64,000 nt of DNA from Psammoneis japonica (taxonomy: Eukaryota), in the NCBI GenBank assembly GCA_008632985.1, contig QPGO01000117.1, forward strand, positions 62,001-126,000, in the 5' to 3' direction. The notes beneath the pieces were generated by a model. It saw only the letters and a list, made by a program, of their open reading frames with translations, had not been told where the DNA came from and did no database searches. Position numbers and translations under genes: made by a program. The stretch's first letter is position 1; every line of letters starts with the position of its first letter. This document shows positions 24,012 to 35,959 of the stretch, one piece after another.

Positions 24012-24387
24012 AGCGTTTGCTTGCCATGGTCGACAAGAGACCTCGAGTGTGTTTCATGCGTCTCGGCGTCGGAGAGGTCGATCGAGATTCCGTTTTGGTG
24101 AAGAATGCTTTTATTCTACAAAGGAGCTCGGTGCGCTTCTACGTTGTGGTGAGAGCAGAATTTCTTTTGTGGTGATGGCAGAATCTTGCACGGTGTTCAG
24201 GCGCAGATCTTTCCACTGTGCGCACAAGCTTCGTGAGAAATTTGTGCACCAAAACAAATGCAAGCCAGCCGAGCCCAAAATTTCTCGCACCACACACTCA
24301 GCCACGCAGCGCATGGCCTGCACATTAACAAATTCAGTGGGAAACAGAGGACAGAGGGGAGGCATCTGTCACCATGTTGGGTGAACA

Positions 24388-24390
<3 letters not shown>

Positions 24391-24419
<29 letters not shown>
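24391..24419. repeat. (TGA)n microsatellite
   Basis: tgatgatgat... about 10 units. Confidence 0.95.
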
Positions 24420-24420
<1 letters not shown>

Positions 24421-25672
24421 CTGTGGAGATCTTTCTGCCAAGCAGGACGAGATGCTGCAGCAGTGACCTCAGCAAAGCCACAGTGTGCCACACAATCGCG
24501 GGATCACCTGCAGCTTGCAGCTCCAGCTTTGCAGGTGCAAGTGCAAAACAACCAAGGCATCCATTGAGGACATGCAACCTCCTCCCTTGCTTCAGCTGCT
24601 GCTGCAGACTGGGAGGGAAAAGAGAGCCCACTCTTGAAGCAGCACAACAAGCTGGCAGAAGAGGTGGGCTCTTGTGCAAATTTGACCAAGCAAGCATGAC
24701 CACAGAAACCACATTTTGCACATGCCTGTGTGCAATGTGTCCTCTTGTTCAATTTTCCATTTTCTCTCTAAAAATGATTTCTGTTGTGGATGTGGTGGCA
24801 GAAGTCAACAGCAGCAGCACAGGTCATGGCGGGGGTGGCAGACACACGTGCCAGCTGTGCTTTGCTTCTTGCACCCCCTCTCCTTTGTTGAACTGCATTC
24901 TCCTGAGCCAGGTGAGAATTGGCAACCCCAACATTGCTTTGTGAGTGCCTCCTGTGAACAATGAGTTGAAAGTTCATCCCAACACTGAGCCTGCTGTCAG
25001 CACCAGCCTCTTTGCCGCACAGCTCCTGATTGTGAAATGGCAGCCTTTTGCATCCCCCACCAGCCCATTGACAAGGACCAAGCTCATCTTGTCACACACT
25101 GGGGTTCCAAGGGGGCAAAATTTGCCTTGACCCTGTGCCCCATGGAGCCATGTTGGAAAAGGCATGAACAATGTCATGGGCAACACTTTGGTGTGGCTGA
25201 CTTGGCAAATGTTGAGTGCTGGAGAGCCCATTCTTTCTCATGGTGCAAATGCAATGACACCCTTTGAGAGCCTTCTTGTTTTCTGTGCCCATGTGCTTGC
25301 AAGACAGTTTCCACAGTTTGCAGCTGAAACAGTCTGCCCTCTCCTGTGTGTCAGTGCACACAGAATGCAGAGCACAATGTTCAACAGAGCCATCACAACA
25401 AAGACAGTCCCAGCAGTTGTTTCAACTTCTGCTTGCGTTGGCTTCTTGCATTGCAAATCCTTTGCATCATGGGTCGCAACCGCCCACATGGCGTCTGCAA
25501 AGGAGGGTCTGGACACCACTTCGATCAAATCGGCACAAATGGCGTCTTCGCTCAACTGTCGTTGAGCATCATTTACAAAGTAAGTGGGACTGGTGTTATC
25601 GCACTCTTCTTTCCAACACAGTGCACAAAAAGTCTGCAATGTTCCATAGAAGTCTTTTTGGACGTGTTCCAC
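24420..25672 (-). pseudogene. Decayed gene whose 5' end has normal composition and whose body is TA-depleted
   Basis: ORF 25238..25672 begins with Tyr-containing sequence (DFYGTL, PTYFV) then becomes Tyr-free and Cys-rich, and breaks. Confidence 0.4.
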
Positions 25673-25792
25673 CCGATTGATTTACCGGTGCGCTCGGACC
25701 GAGAGAACATTAAAATCCAGAAAGCAAAACATTTTATAATAATAGATCTAAAAATATTTCACGCCAGGATGGGAATTGCATTGAATTTATCT

Positions 25793-28700
25793 CTAGAAGT
25801 GCAAGTTACTGCCAAATTCTCCCCCCAATTCGTAGGATTCTGATCCGGGTCCACGTAGATGGTCAAACACTTCACTGGGGGCAACCGTGACAATCCACTT
25901 TCGTTCAGAAGGCGTTGTCCCCTCCATGCGGCGAAATCCCTTTCGAGTAATCGTATCTTCATCCAAATGTGCATCGTAAAAGTCGGATCCCAATGGGTTG
26001 TCAAAGTAAAAAACATACTCCACTCGTTGGTTTGCCTCCTCGATGGTATCAAACGACGAATTGAATTCCTTCTCCGGTCCGCCCTCGTAGGCATCATAAT
26101 TATATGAGCTCCATACGGTATATTTCAGCTTCTTCTTTGGGTTCAAATGTCGTTGTGACGGTTTGCAAATTTGCTTCCCGACGCGCTCCAGGACGTCCTC
26201 TGGTTCGGGCGTTTCGTTGTATCCCATGCCGTAGCTCCCGCGTTCGGTCTTGTTGGATTCTTCGTCCTCAAGATAGTCAATGACCTCACTGGGAATAACC
26301 GAAACGGTCCACCTCTGGCTGTCAGGGGGCGCCACTTCCATATAACGGAAGCCTTTCTCACTGACCGTATCTTCGTCACAGTTCATTTCGTCAAAATCAA
26401 GTCCCCACGGATTGTCAAAATAGAAAACATATTCCACGCGGCGGTTCGCTTCCTCCATCGTATCAGACGACGAATTGAATTCCATGTCCGGCGGACCCTC
26501 GTAAGAATGCCAGCCATCATTATCGTAGCCACAGGAGGACCAAACGGTGAATTTCACTTTTTTGTTTCTGTCCACGTGGCGACTGGGTGGCGCACGTACG
26601 TTTTGTCTAAAGCGTCTCAACTGAGAGGCATTCCTTCGTTCAAACTCTTCCTTTGCTCGGAGGGCTTGCTGTTCCTGTCTTTCTCTTGCTGCTCTCTGTT
26701 CCGCTTCATACTGACGCTGGAGGGCGGCATCTCGTTCGGCCATTTCGGTGTAGCGTTTGTCAAGCTCTTCCGCTTTCTGCTCGGAATCCATTGACTCCAG
26801 TTCAAAGCATCCACGGCAAAGATCAAAATTGCACTCTTCACAGGTAAGGTATGGTGTGCGACTGCACCAGTTTGCATAAATATGCGGGCACTCGCACGTG
26901 GCGACGTTGCTACGTTTTTTCCGAGTCCCTTGTGCCGGAAGACATCGGAGCTTTGAGGAGTGCGCCAAGGGGTGGCAGTGAGCATTCGGGCACACAACAT
27001 TATGCAGTAACTTTGCTTCGAGGTCACGAGCTTGGATGACTTCTGAATGAGCCTCCCACGCCGTTCCAACCCCAAGGTGTGCCAAAAGATCCGCCAACTT
27101 CATCTTGGAGAGTCCTATGAATGAAGGGTCACGAGTGCGGACTTCTTCTTTCAGCTGAAGTACTGTCAAGGCGGGCGATATAGCAGGAAGGCCATCTTTG
27201 GTCCTCAACATCTCCTTCTTCTTTTTCTTCGGAGGTATCATGGGAACTACATCTGGTACCTCGATCCGTCCTGAAGCAAAGGCTCCTATACCGTGAGTCG
27301 ATAGTTCAGAATCTTGCACAGACAATACTCCACGATCGTTGTTCTCTGTCTTGGAACCTACCGCTTTTCGTGCTACCTTAGGGTCACTCTCAACTTTGAT
27401 CGGTCTAGGACCAGTGGCGGCCATGGGTGCAGACTTCCTTGCTGCTTTCGTCGCAAACTCATGCTTGATAGACTTTTCGGCTTTGGACGCAGGCTTCTTT
27501 GCAGCACTATCAACTTTGATCGGTTTTGGCCCCGCAACGGCAGATGACTTCCTTTCTAACTTCGTGGCCTTGTCAGGCTTGGTCGGTTTTCCTACTGGAG
27601 ACTTTGCTTTGACAGGGATCTTCTGTCTTTTTTTGGTTGACTGTACGGCGGGTGGTTTGGATGAAGCATTCTTCTTCGCGGCCTTTGTATCATTCTTCGT
27701 AGGCTTTGACAACGTTTTGGCCTTGCTGGAAGCCGAAGCAGTTTTCGTCTTGTTGGGCATCGCCGGCGGCGGTTTCGGTTTGGAGCCAGAAGCAGCCATC
27801 GACATGCATACAGAACCGCGTCCCAAATGGCCAATGAAAAAGTCCTTGTTTTTGTTGGAAAGACCTTTCATACCAGGATCGCGAGCAAGGCATTCAGCGG
27901 ACAGCTGCGCCAGTGTCATGGAAGAGGAAACTGTAGGAACTCCTGTAAAATCGAACGACTGCCACTCTGGTGCCGTCATCCAGATCGATCCAACACCAAG
28001 TGCTTCCAAGAAAAAGCCTTTGTTCTTGTTCGACAGTCCTTTAGTGTCGGGATTACGAGACAAGAGCTCACAGCTGAGCTGGTCGCGGGACATGGAAGAG
28101 GAAACAAGAGGAAGACTTGCAAGTTGAAGCGAAGCCGACGAGGACTTCCCTGGTCCCTCTCTACGACTAGATGCGTCCTTCTTGGGACTTTTTCTACTGG
28201 AACTGACATTTGTCTTGCTTTCCGCGCTGCGCTTCTTGACGATGAGACTCGCTGCCGGTTTCTTAGTACTGGAAGAGGCATTCGGCTTCGCCGAAGTTCC
28301 AGCTGCCTTGATCCAAACGGAGCCGACTTTCAGGTGATCCAGCAACGCGTCCTTGTTCATGCTAGAGATACCCTTCATAGCAGGATCACGAGCCAAGCAC
28401 TCCTCACGGAGTTGTGCGACTGTCATATCACTCGTCACACGAGGGAGCGCGGCCTTGTTGCTTTTGCTGGGAGACGGCGAAGGGGAAGGGAAGGCAGCCT
28501 TTTTGCCTGGCTTACTATTCTTGCTTTTCGCCAGCCATTTTTTGAATTTCGTGGTTGATACGTTTCTAGGAACATACCAGCGTTTCACTGGGGCATCCCA
28601 TTTTGCCCCTAAGCTCTTAGCTTCATCCTTCTCGTCAAAGGAGCAATCCAGATACGTGCGATGAAGCCAGCGATTAAAAGAAGATACGGAACGAATGTTG

Positions 28701-28805
28701 TCTGGGACATACCACTTGCGCTCCGTGGCGTCCCAACATGCGCCCAGCCTTTTGGCTTCGTCTTTTTCTTCAAATAATGGGCAATCCAGATAGAGGCGGG
28801 ATAGT
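25793..28805 (-). CDS. Large repeat-containing protein: 2x DUF5710-like, 4x ~45-aa helical repeat, ZZ-like Zn finger, 2x C-terminal repeat (start codon unresolved)
   Basis: The frame stays open upstream of ORF 25793..28588: RLYLDCPLFEEKDEAKRLGACWDATERKWYVP...RTYLDCSFDEKDEAKSLGAKWDAPVKRWYVP. Also LPxVSSSMTxAQLxxExLxRxP repeats, CEECNFDLCRGCF, and two KxTVWSS...EFNSSxDTxEEANxRVEYVFYFDNPxG units. Confidence 0.8.
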
Positions 28806-28911
28806 CCTAGACTTTACCGATTACAAGACAACAAGCATTCATTCGACTGAAAAGAAAATGAAAAAAATCGCCAATCATCTCAAATGTATCAAATTTTATC
28901 TCAAACGTCTA

Positions 28912-31900
28912 AAAACAAATCGCAATCCATCATCATTTTTGACGTGAATGTTCATCGAAACAACAAAATCGCCAATCCTTTTCAATTCAGCGACACACCG
29001 TTGCCTCAAGGGATCGCGCATCCCAACCTCTCAGATCAGCTCCAGGCGTCCCCAGTGGGAAGATGGCGCGGGTCTGTCACTTCACAAGTGCTGAAGGGCC
29101 ACAGTCAAGTCTGACTCCTTCTCCCCAGACAGTGTGCTGCACTTTGCCCCATGCCATTGCCAAAAGAGCACCGCCAAGATGACAGTGGTGGAAACGGCAC
29201 CAGATTCCATCAACCACACAGTGTCCATTTTCTCATTCTAAAAAATTCATCTCAAACATCTCAAAAAAGAAAATCACCACTCGGACTGGCATTTTTTCGT
29301 CGACATTCTTCTCCATGATGTGCACATGTGACATGAACAGCAGCGACATCTTCGCACAAATTTGTTGCACAAATTGTTCTCTGTGTGTTGGTGTGGTGGC
29401 AGGCAGCATGTTCCAGCCAGGGGGGGTAGCTCAAAACAACTTTGTGTGGAACCTGGAGTCACGCACACATGTGTTGTCATTTGTGCAGCTCAGCAAAGAA
29501 GACATGCTCCAGCTCTGGGTGGGGTCTCACACTGCGGAACTGTGACATTGTTGTTTCGCTGACCAATGACCAACCTGTGGGCAAGTGGTTGAGAAGTTTT
29601 TTGTGTGCACTCATGTGCGCGTGTGTGCAAGTGTGTCACCCTCAAAAACCATTGAAAAAATGTGTGCAGATTGTGCAAAATCTGCGTTGTTGTTGGAAGC
29701 TTGCACGTGGTGATGTGCAGCAGGGGCTCCAGCAATGACTCACTCAAGAGTTCTGATGGGGTCAGGAACTCACAAAATGGCTCTTCCTGTGGAAAGGATG
29801 GAACTTTGTGCTGTCAGTTGTGACATTTTGCCTTCCTCCATTCATGAATGCTGTGGACAATGTGCAGCAACATTGTCAGCACATGTCAACTGCCACTTGG
29901 CTTGCATCATCATTTTCAGAGCATTTCTCAAGTTTCACATGTGTGCACATGCCTGACAGCATGGGATGTTGCACTGAGCAGTGGACAGTGCCTCCCCCCC
30001 AAAGGGCTCATTTTTGAGTTGTGCCACATGTCATGCACGTGCATTTCCATGTGACTTTGGTGGTGTTTTGCAGCATTTTGCAGTGCAACTGTTGGGCTCC
30101 TGTCTGTTTGGCAACTTTCAATATTTTTTGTGCAGTGCAGTTCTCAAATGTCTGAAGAATTGTGAGGTGCAGGTGGATTTCAAAAACAGCAAGCACATTG
30201 AGAGGCGCAATTGCACCACAAACTCGGTTGTGCGTTTGGACATCAAGGGCAAATTTGCCCATCAACCAACATGTTGAGCTGTGGAGCTTTGGTGCATGAA
30301 GAATTCTGTGGGCCCATGTCATGTAGAGTCCTGCCTGGGTGGGGCTGGAGGAACATGCCCAAATCAGCCACAGGGGTGCACTCACAACACTGCAGTGATC
30401 AGCAACGGCACAAATCATGCTGCTCCCACACCAAAAGCATTTTTGTTTTGTCAGTGCTCTGATGATCATGCCACTTCCTTGTGTGATGACACCAGCCAAA
30501 CAACTCTCACATTGATGAGTGCAAGAAGTGCAGCTTGGTTGGCACAGTTTGATTGTCACATGCATTTTGACAACAAGGGGCAGGACAAAACTGTGGTCTT
30601 TTGTTCTTGAAGTCTGGAAAATGTCACGGCTCTTGTTCAGAATTCACACTTGCTTGACAAGAATCCTGTGTTCTTAACAAGCACCAATCAATTGTGCACA
30701 AAGCAATTTTGACAATCTTTCCAACCTTCCAAGTGGGGCTCAATGCTCAAAACAAAAAATGGCCCTAATTCTCCATGTTTGATCTTGACAACAAGATTGC
30801 AGCCACAATGATTTTGAAATGATTCAGCTCATGTCTGCAATTAAAGTGACCTTCTAAACAGGAAATGATGGTCAATGAAATGTCTTGACAAGGGTGCAAT
30901 TGTGACTGCTTTCCAACATTGCTCATTTCTGACAATGACAACATTCATTCATCTCATTGAGACGCTTGCACATTGGCTGTGTGCAGCTTGCAATGTGATT
31001 TGTGCTGGCCATTTTTTATCATTTCCACAGTGAACATGTTTTTGCTTCCTGTTTCCTGCTCTTCCCTCTTTGGCTTTGTCCTGTCTCTCTGTCTCCTGCC
31101 AGTGCTCCCATGCTGCAGTGATGGTGTGATGTTTCACTGAGTGCACTGCCCCTTGCGGCTGCTCTTGCTCACCACAACCACGTTGTTTGTTCCATGTCAT
31201 GACCTTGTCTTTTTTGCTCATCACACCAGATTGCCAAAGCTTTGGCTCTGCAAAGAAGAGAAAAGAGCTTGCAACAGATCAGAGCATTGCATGTGTTTTG
31301 TTTCAACTGGGCTTGGCTTGGTGCAAACAGCATTTCTGCTCACCTTTGCATGCAACCTTGTCTCTTTTGTGTTTTGCACTGGTTTGCCAAAGCATTGCCT
31401 GCAAAGAAGAGAAAAGAGTGTGCAACAGATGAGAGCATTGTGTGTGTTTTGTTTTGAATGTGCTTGGTGCAAATGCTGTTTCTGCTCACCTTTGTGTGGC
31501 CCCTGCAGGGCTTTCTTCCCTTCTGGCTCCCCTTGCATGTCAACATGTCATTTGCTTGAAATCTCACGGCTGTGGCCCAACCACATCTGGTGCAGAAGCA
31601 AGCCATCAAAACAATGTGAGCGGCATGTTGCATGGGCTGAACATCACAGCCTGCACCACAATGAGCAAGAGTCCAGTTTGCAAGTGAGTGCATTTTCTCC
31701 AAAAAGCAAAACATCATTTTTCGGACAAACAACAAAAACAACAGCTGTGCTGCAAGAAAAAGAGTGTCATGGCAATGACAACAAGATGCGCATGTGATGG
31801 GAACATTTGACAACATGCAATGAATGTCATGTGTCAGCGCCAACTGAAAAAGTGATGATTTTCGGCTCATTCAGTTTTGGACAGAAATGAACAAAACAGT

Positions 31901-34800
31901 CATCATTTTTTTGCTCTGGTGGCACAGTGTGCTTCTGTGCCAAGAAGTTTGGCCACAGAAGCTGTTGGGTGGTGCAAGGCTCTGTGGCATTGATGATGTG
32001 GTGTGATGCAATCAACCATCATGTGATCAGCATCTTTTCTGGTGTGTTTTGTGTGGAAATCTCTGCAGAGCATGTGCCGTGGACAATGAGAGGGTTGTCA
32101 GAGCCATTTGTTGTTGCCAGAATCATCCATCATCCCAGCCCAGCCCGCCAGCTCACAAGAATCTCTGCAGCACAGGAGCCTGCTTGCCACAATGCCATGT
32201 GAGAAAGGGGCACATCACACATGAAGTTGCTTGTGTCATTGCAAGCTTGTGTCTTGCAGATTTTAGTGTCTTCCTGCATTCACACACATGTGCATGCAGC
32301 TGGAATGTTGTGTGCTGTGATGTGTGCAGACCACTGCACAATGCCCATCCCAGAGGTGCACAAATTGCATCTGTTGTTGCTCAGACTTCTGTCCTTTGTG
32401 TCTGAGGGGTCCATGCCAATTTCACTTGTGCGCTGCAGTGAGCTCACATCTTTCAAAAACAAGTCAAGACAGCAGCATTGTTGATGGAAACAGGTTGGGA
32501 AATCCTGGCAAAAGTGGGTCAAGCAAAATTTGGCACAAATGCCAAAAGCAAAGAGTGCAAACAGGGTCCCATGAATCACCAGAAAACTGTGCCAAAACTC
32601 CAAGTGTGAGCTGGCAATGGTGTGCACCAGTGGGCCGCTGGTTGCTGTTCTTGTCCCAATGGACAAAAAACATTGTCTGTGTGTGCCACAAACTCTTTCA
32701 ATGACACAGAAAGACAAAGACCTCAGAATGCAATGCCATCTCCAGCAGAAGTGGTGGTCTTGCCTTGAGAGTGTTTCTTTTGTTTTCATTTCATTGCTTT
32801 GCTTTTCCTGGCAGTGTTTGCTTTCTGCAAATTGCCAAAAATCTTGGGTCACAAAATTTGCCATTTTCCCACCTCAAAAACTGATGAAACACATTCATTG
32901 CATGACAACAACTCTGCATGGTTGCCACTCAAACCCATTTTCCTTTTAAGAGGTGCAAATCCCACCAGTTGAGAGGGGGGGCATCATGACATCATGATGA
33001 TGGCAAAGTGTTGTGGCTCATCTGGTTTGCCAGTTGTTCAGGCAGACAGTTGTTCAGGCAAACAGTTGATTGCCGGTTGTGCTCAATGACTCATGAGCTG
33101 CAGTCATGGGCAACACAGGCTCCGCTGCTGGCACAACAAACATGCACTGCATTGTTGGTGCCTGATGCAGCAGCAAGCAAAAGCAGGAAAACCAAAGCCA
33201 AGCTGCACCACAGAAACTGACAGACCCATTTCTGGCTTGATGCTTCTGAACATCTCCAAGTGACACACTGGGTTGATTGAGGGTCACTTGGAAATGTCTT
33301 TTTTCACATCAGAGCAGCTTCAGCAGCAACAACAAGCTGGAGAAGCAGACTCAGCATTGGGTCCATGCTGCACAGGAGCCATTTTGGCTTCCAACCAAGT
33401 TCTTGGCATGCCACATGCCAACCTTCATCTGCCATTTGCAACAATCAAGTGTTGGCTCAAAACAGCATCACTTGCAGGCCACTTGTTGCTGTTCCCACTG
33501 CAGACCTTGCACAGCCAGCCTGCTCAGATTTGAGGGCAATGGGCAAACAACTTAAATGAAAAAATTGCCTCATTTTGTGTGCTCCCTGTGGGATCCAGAG
33601 TGTGCAGCACATTTCAAATTCTGAGCTGCATTTTGCACTCTGTCTGCCTCTGTTTTGCCCGTTCCTTTTGTTTCTTTGATCTCTGCTCAAGTGTGCTTTG
33701 GGCTGGGAATCAGGGGCAACTGTGCTGCTTCCTGGCTTGCCACAAGCTAACATGGAAACATGTCCATGTGCAGCCATTCTTCCATTTGCTTTTCACATCT
33801 TCTGCTTGCTTGCACTTGGTGGCTTGAGGGCACTGGATGTGGGTGTCATGCTCACAAAAGATGGGATGGCTGATTTTGGCACATGGTTGTCTCTGTGTTT
33901 GTTGTTCAGAGTGAGTTGCTGTTTTGCTTTTGTGCTGCCATGCAGTGCTCCAAATTGCCCAGCTTGCAGGATTGGCTTGTCTTGGAAAGGAATGGCAGGC
34001 TGCAACTAGGCTCGCAAACCTGCTGACAGAGGCTTTCTCACAAGACAATGTTGGTTCCAACTCCAACAACATGCAGCACCCAGCAAAAAGACTTCTGGGT
34101 CCACTGGTGGTGTGCTGGTGAGCTGAGTGGCCCCTTGAATGATTGCCAGCAGGAGCTGCACCAGAGAAAACATCATGACAGCAGGGCCTTCAACAAGAAA
34201 CCAAGACTGCAGCTCTGCTGATGGACATTCTGGCTTCACTGTCATCCAACACTCAAGGTGTTGACTCACAAGCCCCCCAGCACCTCCTCACCTTTGCAGA
34301 CTGCACAGTGCACAGTCACTGCCACAGTCATCCTTGCCACCCAATCTTCCAACATTTTGTCCTTCTGTCTGTGAAGAAATGCACATGGTGGAGATGGAAC
34401 CTGAGCTCCTGTGTGGCTCAAGTTGGCTGCACCAAAGATGCAAAATTGTGAGCCAGTTGACAGCACTGTTGGATCATCAAATCCAGACAACTTTGGGTTG
34501 AACTTTGTTGTTGTGTGGTGATTCCAGGCTCAGATGGTGCTGGCAGTGCAGGAGCAGCAAGCCAAGTGATTCTGTCTGCACCATTTGATGAACCAACTGT
34601 GTTGGCTGAAACACCTCATCATGCTTGGCAGGTCAGTGTGCAACACACCATGCCTCACAGCAGCACAACATGTCTGAGAGTCCTCCCTCCATTGCCTTGA
34701 AAGTTGCCATGGCAAATGCCACCATGGGTGACTTGTTCCAGACTTGGGTGCACTCACGCGCGAAAAAATGACCCTTTTTGCATGAAACGCGCGGTCCACA
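28912..34800. other. TpA- and CpG-depleted block B with decayed gene/TE remnants
   Basis: No TA found in 31021-32263; about 14 TA in the whole 5.9 kb; CpG also rare; only fragmentary Cys/His-rich ORFs. Confidence 0.92.
31231..31498 (+). repeat. Direct duplication, about 118-bp units, 153-bp period
   Basis: ttgccaaagc...tgcaaagaagagaaaagag...tttctgctcacctttg at 31231 and 31384. Confidence 0.85.
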
Positions 34801-35640
34801 CTTGCGGTACCATTTTCGACAGTAAAAACATAACAATTTACAAATAATGTGTTGTTATGGGTACATACAGAATTGTCTTGTGCGTGTACCCATGTATTCG
34901 AAACTGTTGATGGACTCAGTTGTTAGTCGCTAAATTGTACCGTAAGTTGAGAGCTCGAATTTTCCGATGAGCGATTTATATATGCCTAAATGTAACAAGA
35001 AACATATAAAATATTATTAATATATATAAATTAAGTCTTTAACATAGCATAATTAATATTTTGTTTATATACGCAAATACGAGTTACACTCAACGGATCG
35101 AATAAAGCATACGTTGATTGATAAGTTTAGGACGACGTGAGAAGAAGTGTAGCTCAGCCCACGCAATGGCGTCGACTTCGGACCATTTTTCACGGTTTAA
35201 AAGGCATAAACGATTGATACACTTGAATCAGTCGAATATATTGAGGAAATATACATGGTAATAGAAAAGAAATGGTCCTTAGAGGCAAATTGTGAGTGAA
35301 TAGAGGCTCAATTGTTGTTGCTGACAGATTTAGCATTATTGTGCCGCGCTGCAGCCTTCAACAAGCATTTTCACTATTGTTGTTGATGACACAGACTATA
35401 TCAAATACGTAGATCCTGGTCATGACATTCAATTTTCCATAAGGCTGAAAAAAGTGGGCCGTCATGGTCACTGAAAGCCATGGCCGGTTTGGCTGTTTGT
35501 TTGTTCGAGTTTATTCTGTTTATTTTACTTAGAAGCCATTGATATGATCAATTTTATTAAATATGTACGGTGTTCAATAAAGCATTAAAAAATTATTTTT
35601 TCTGCGAAAAGGGGCATGTGCCCTAAGTCTGGAACAAGTC
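34730..35640. mobile_element. AT-rich non-autonomous TIR element (MITE-like), 911 bp, 4-bp TSD GGGT
   Basis: GACTTGTTCCAGACTTGGG (34730-34748) vs CCTAAGTCTGGAACAAGTC (35622-35640), 18/19 inverted match; GGGT at 34726-34729 and 35641-35644; similar subterminal motif; no ORF. Confidence 0.8.
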
Positions 35641-35682
35641 GGGTGATGCAGGCCATGTCACTTGATTCTTGCTGCAAGGCCA

Positions 35683-35959
35683 TGACAGGATTTGAATAGG
35701 ATTTGGGTGCGCGCGAAGTATCGCGCGCTGTTTAGTTTACCGCACACAGTTTTGTGTGCTTTAGTTCCGCGCGTTCACGCGCGATGTAGTTTGCTTTCGA
35801 GCCACAAGGCTCACAAGAATAATAACAGTAGCCCGATTATACCGACTTACACGTCTTTCGGCTCCTGTAACGGTCTCTGAGCGGAGACTCATCTGCTATT
35901 TAGACAGCAGCAAGGAGTTGTTGTTTTGAATTCTTGCCATTTGCCTTCAATTTCTGTCA
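35683..35959 (+). repeat. 5' LTR (277 bp)
   Basis: Direct repeat of 42507-42782; retains 15 TA sites. Confidence 0.97.

Larger units (their letters stand above)
22015..24189. mobile_element. Non-autonomous Mutator-like (MULE) DNA transposon with about 106-bp TIRs and a 9-bp TSD
   Basis: 22015-22120 is the reverse complement of 24084-24189 (about 12 mismatches); flanks GCGGTGTTC (22006-22014) and ACGGTGTTC (24190-24198). Long G-starting TIRs plus a 9-bp TSD are typical of Mutator; no transposase recognised inside. Confidence 0.8.
22340..25570. other. TpA-depleted, TG/CA-enriched block A
   Basis: TA nearly absent outside the right TIR; survivors are mostly CTAG/TTAG/TTAA/CTAA. Confidence 0.9.

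Noticed and set aside
35683..35959. Classical RIP (CpA->TpA) acting on the 5' LTR
   Set aside because: The direction is fixed the other way by Tyr->Cys/His at conserved Pol motifs and by near-total TA absence in surrounding repeats.
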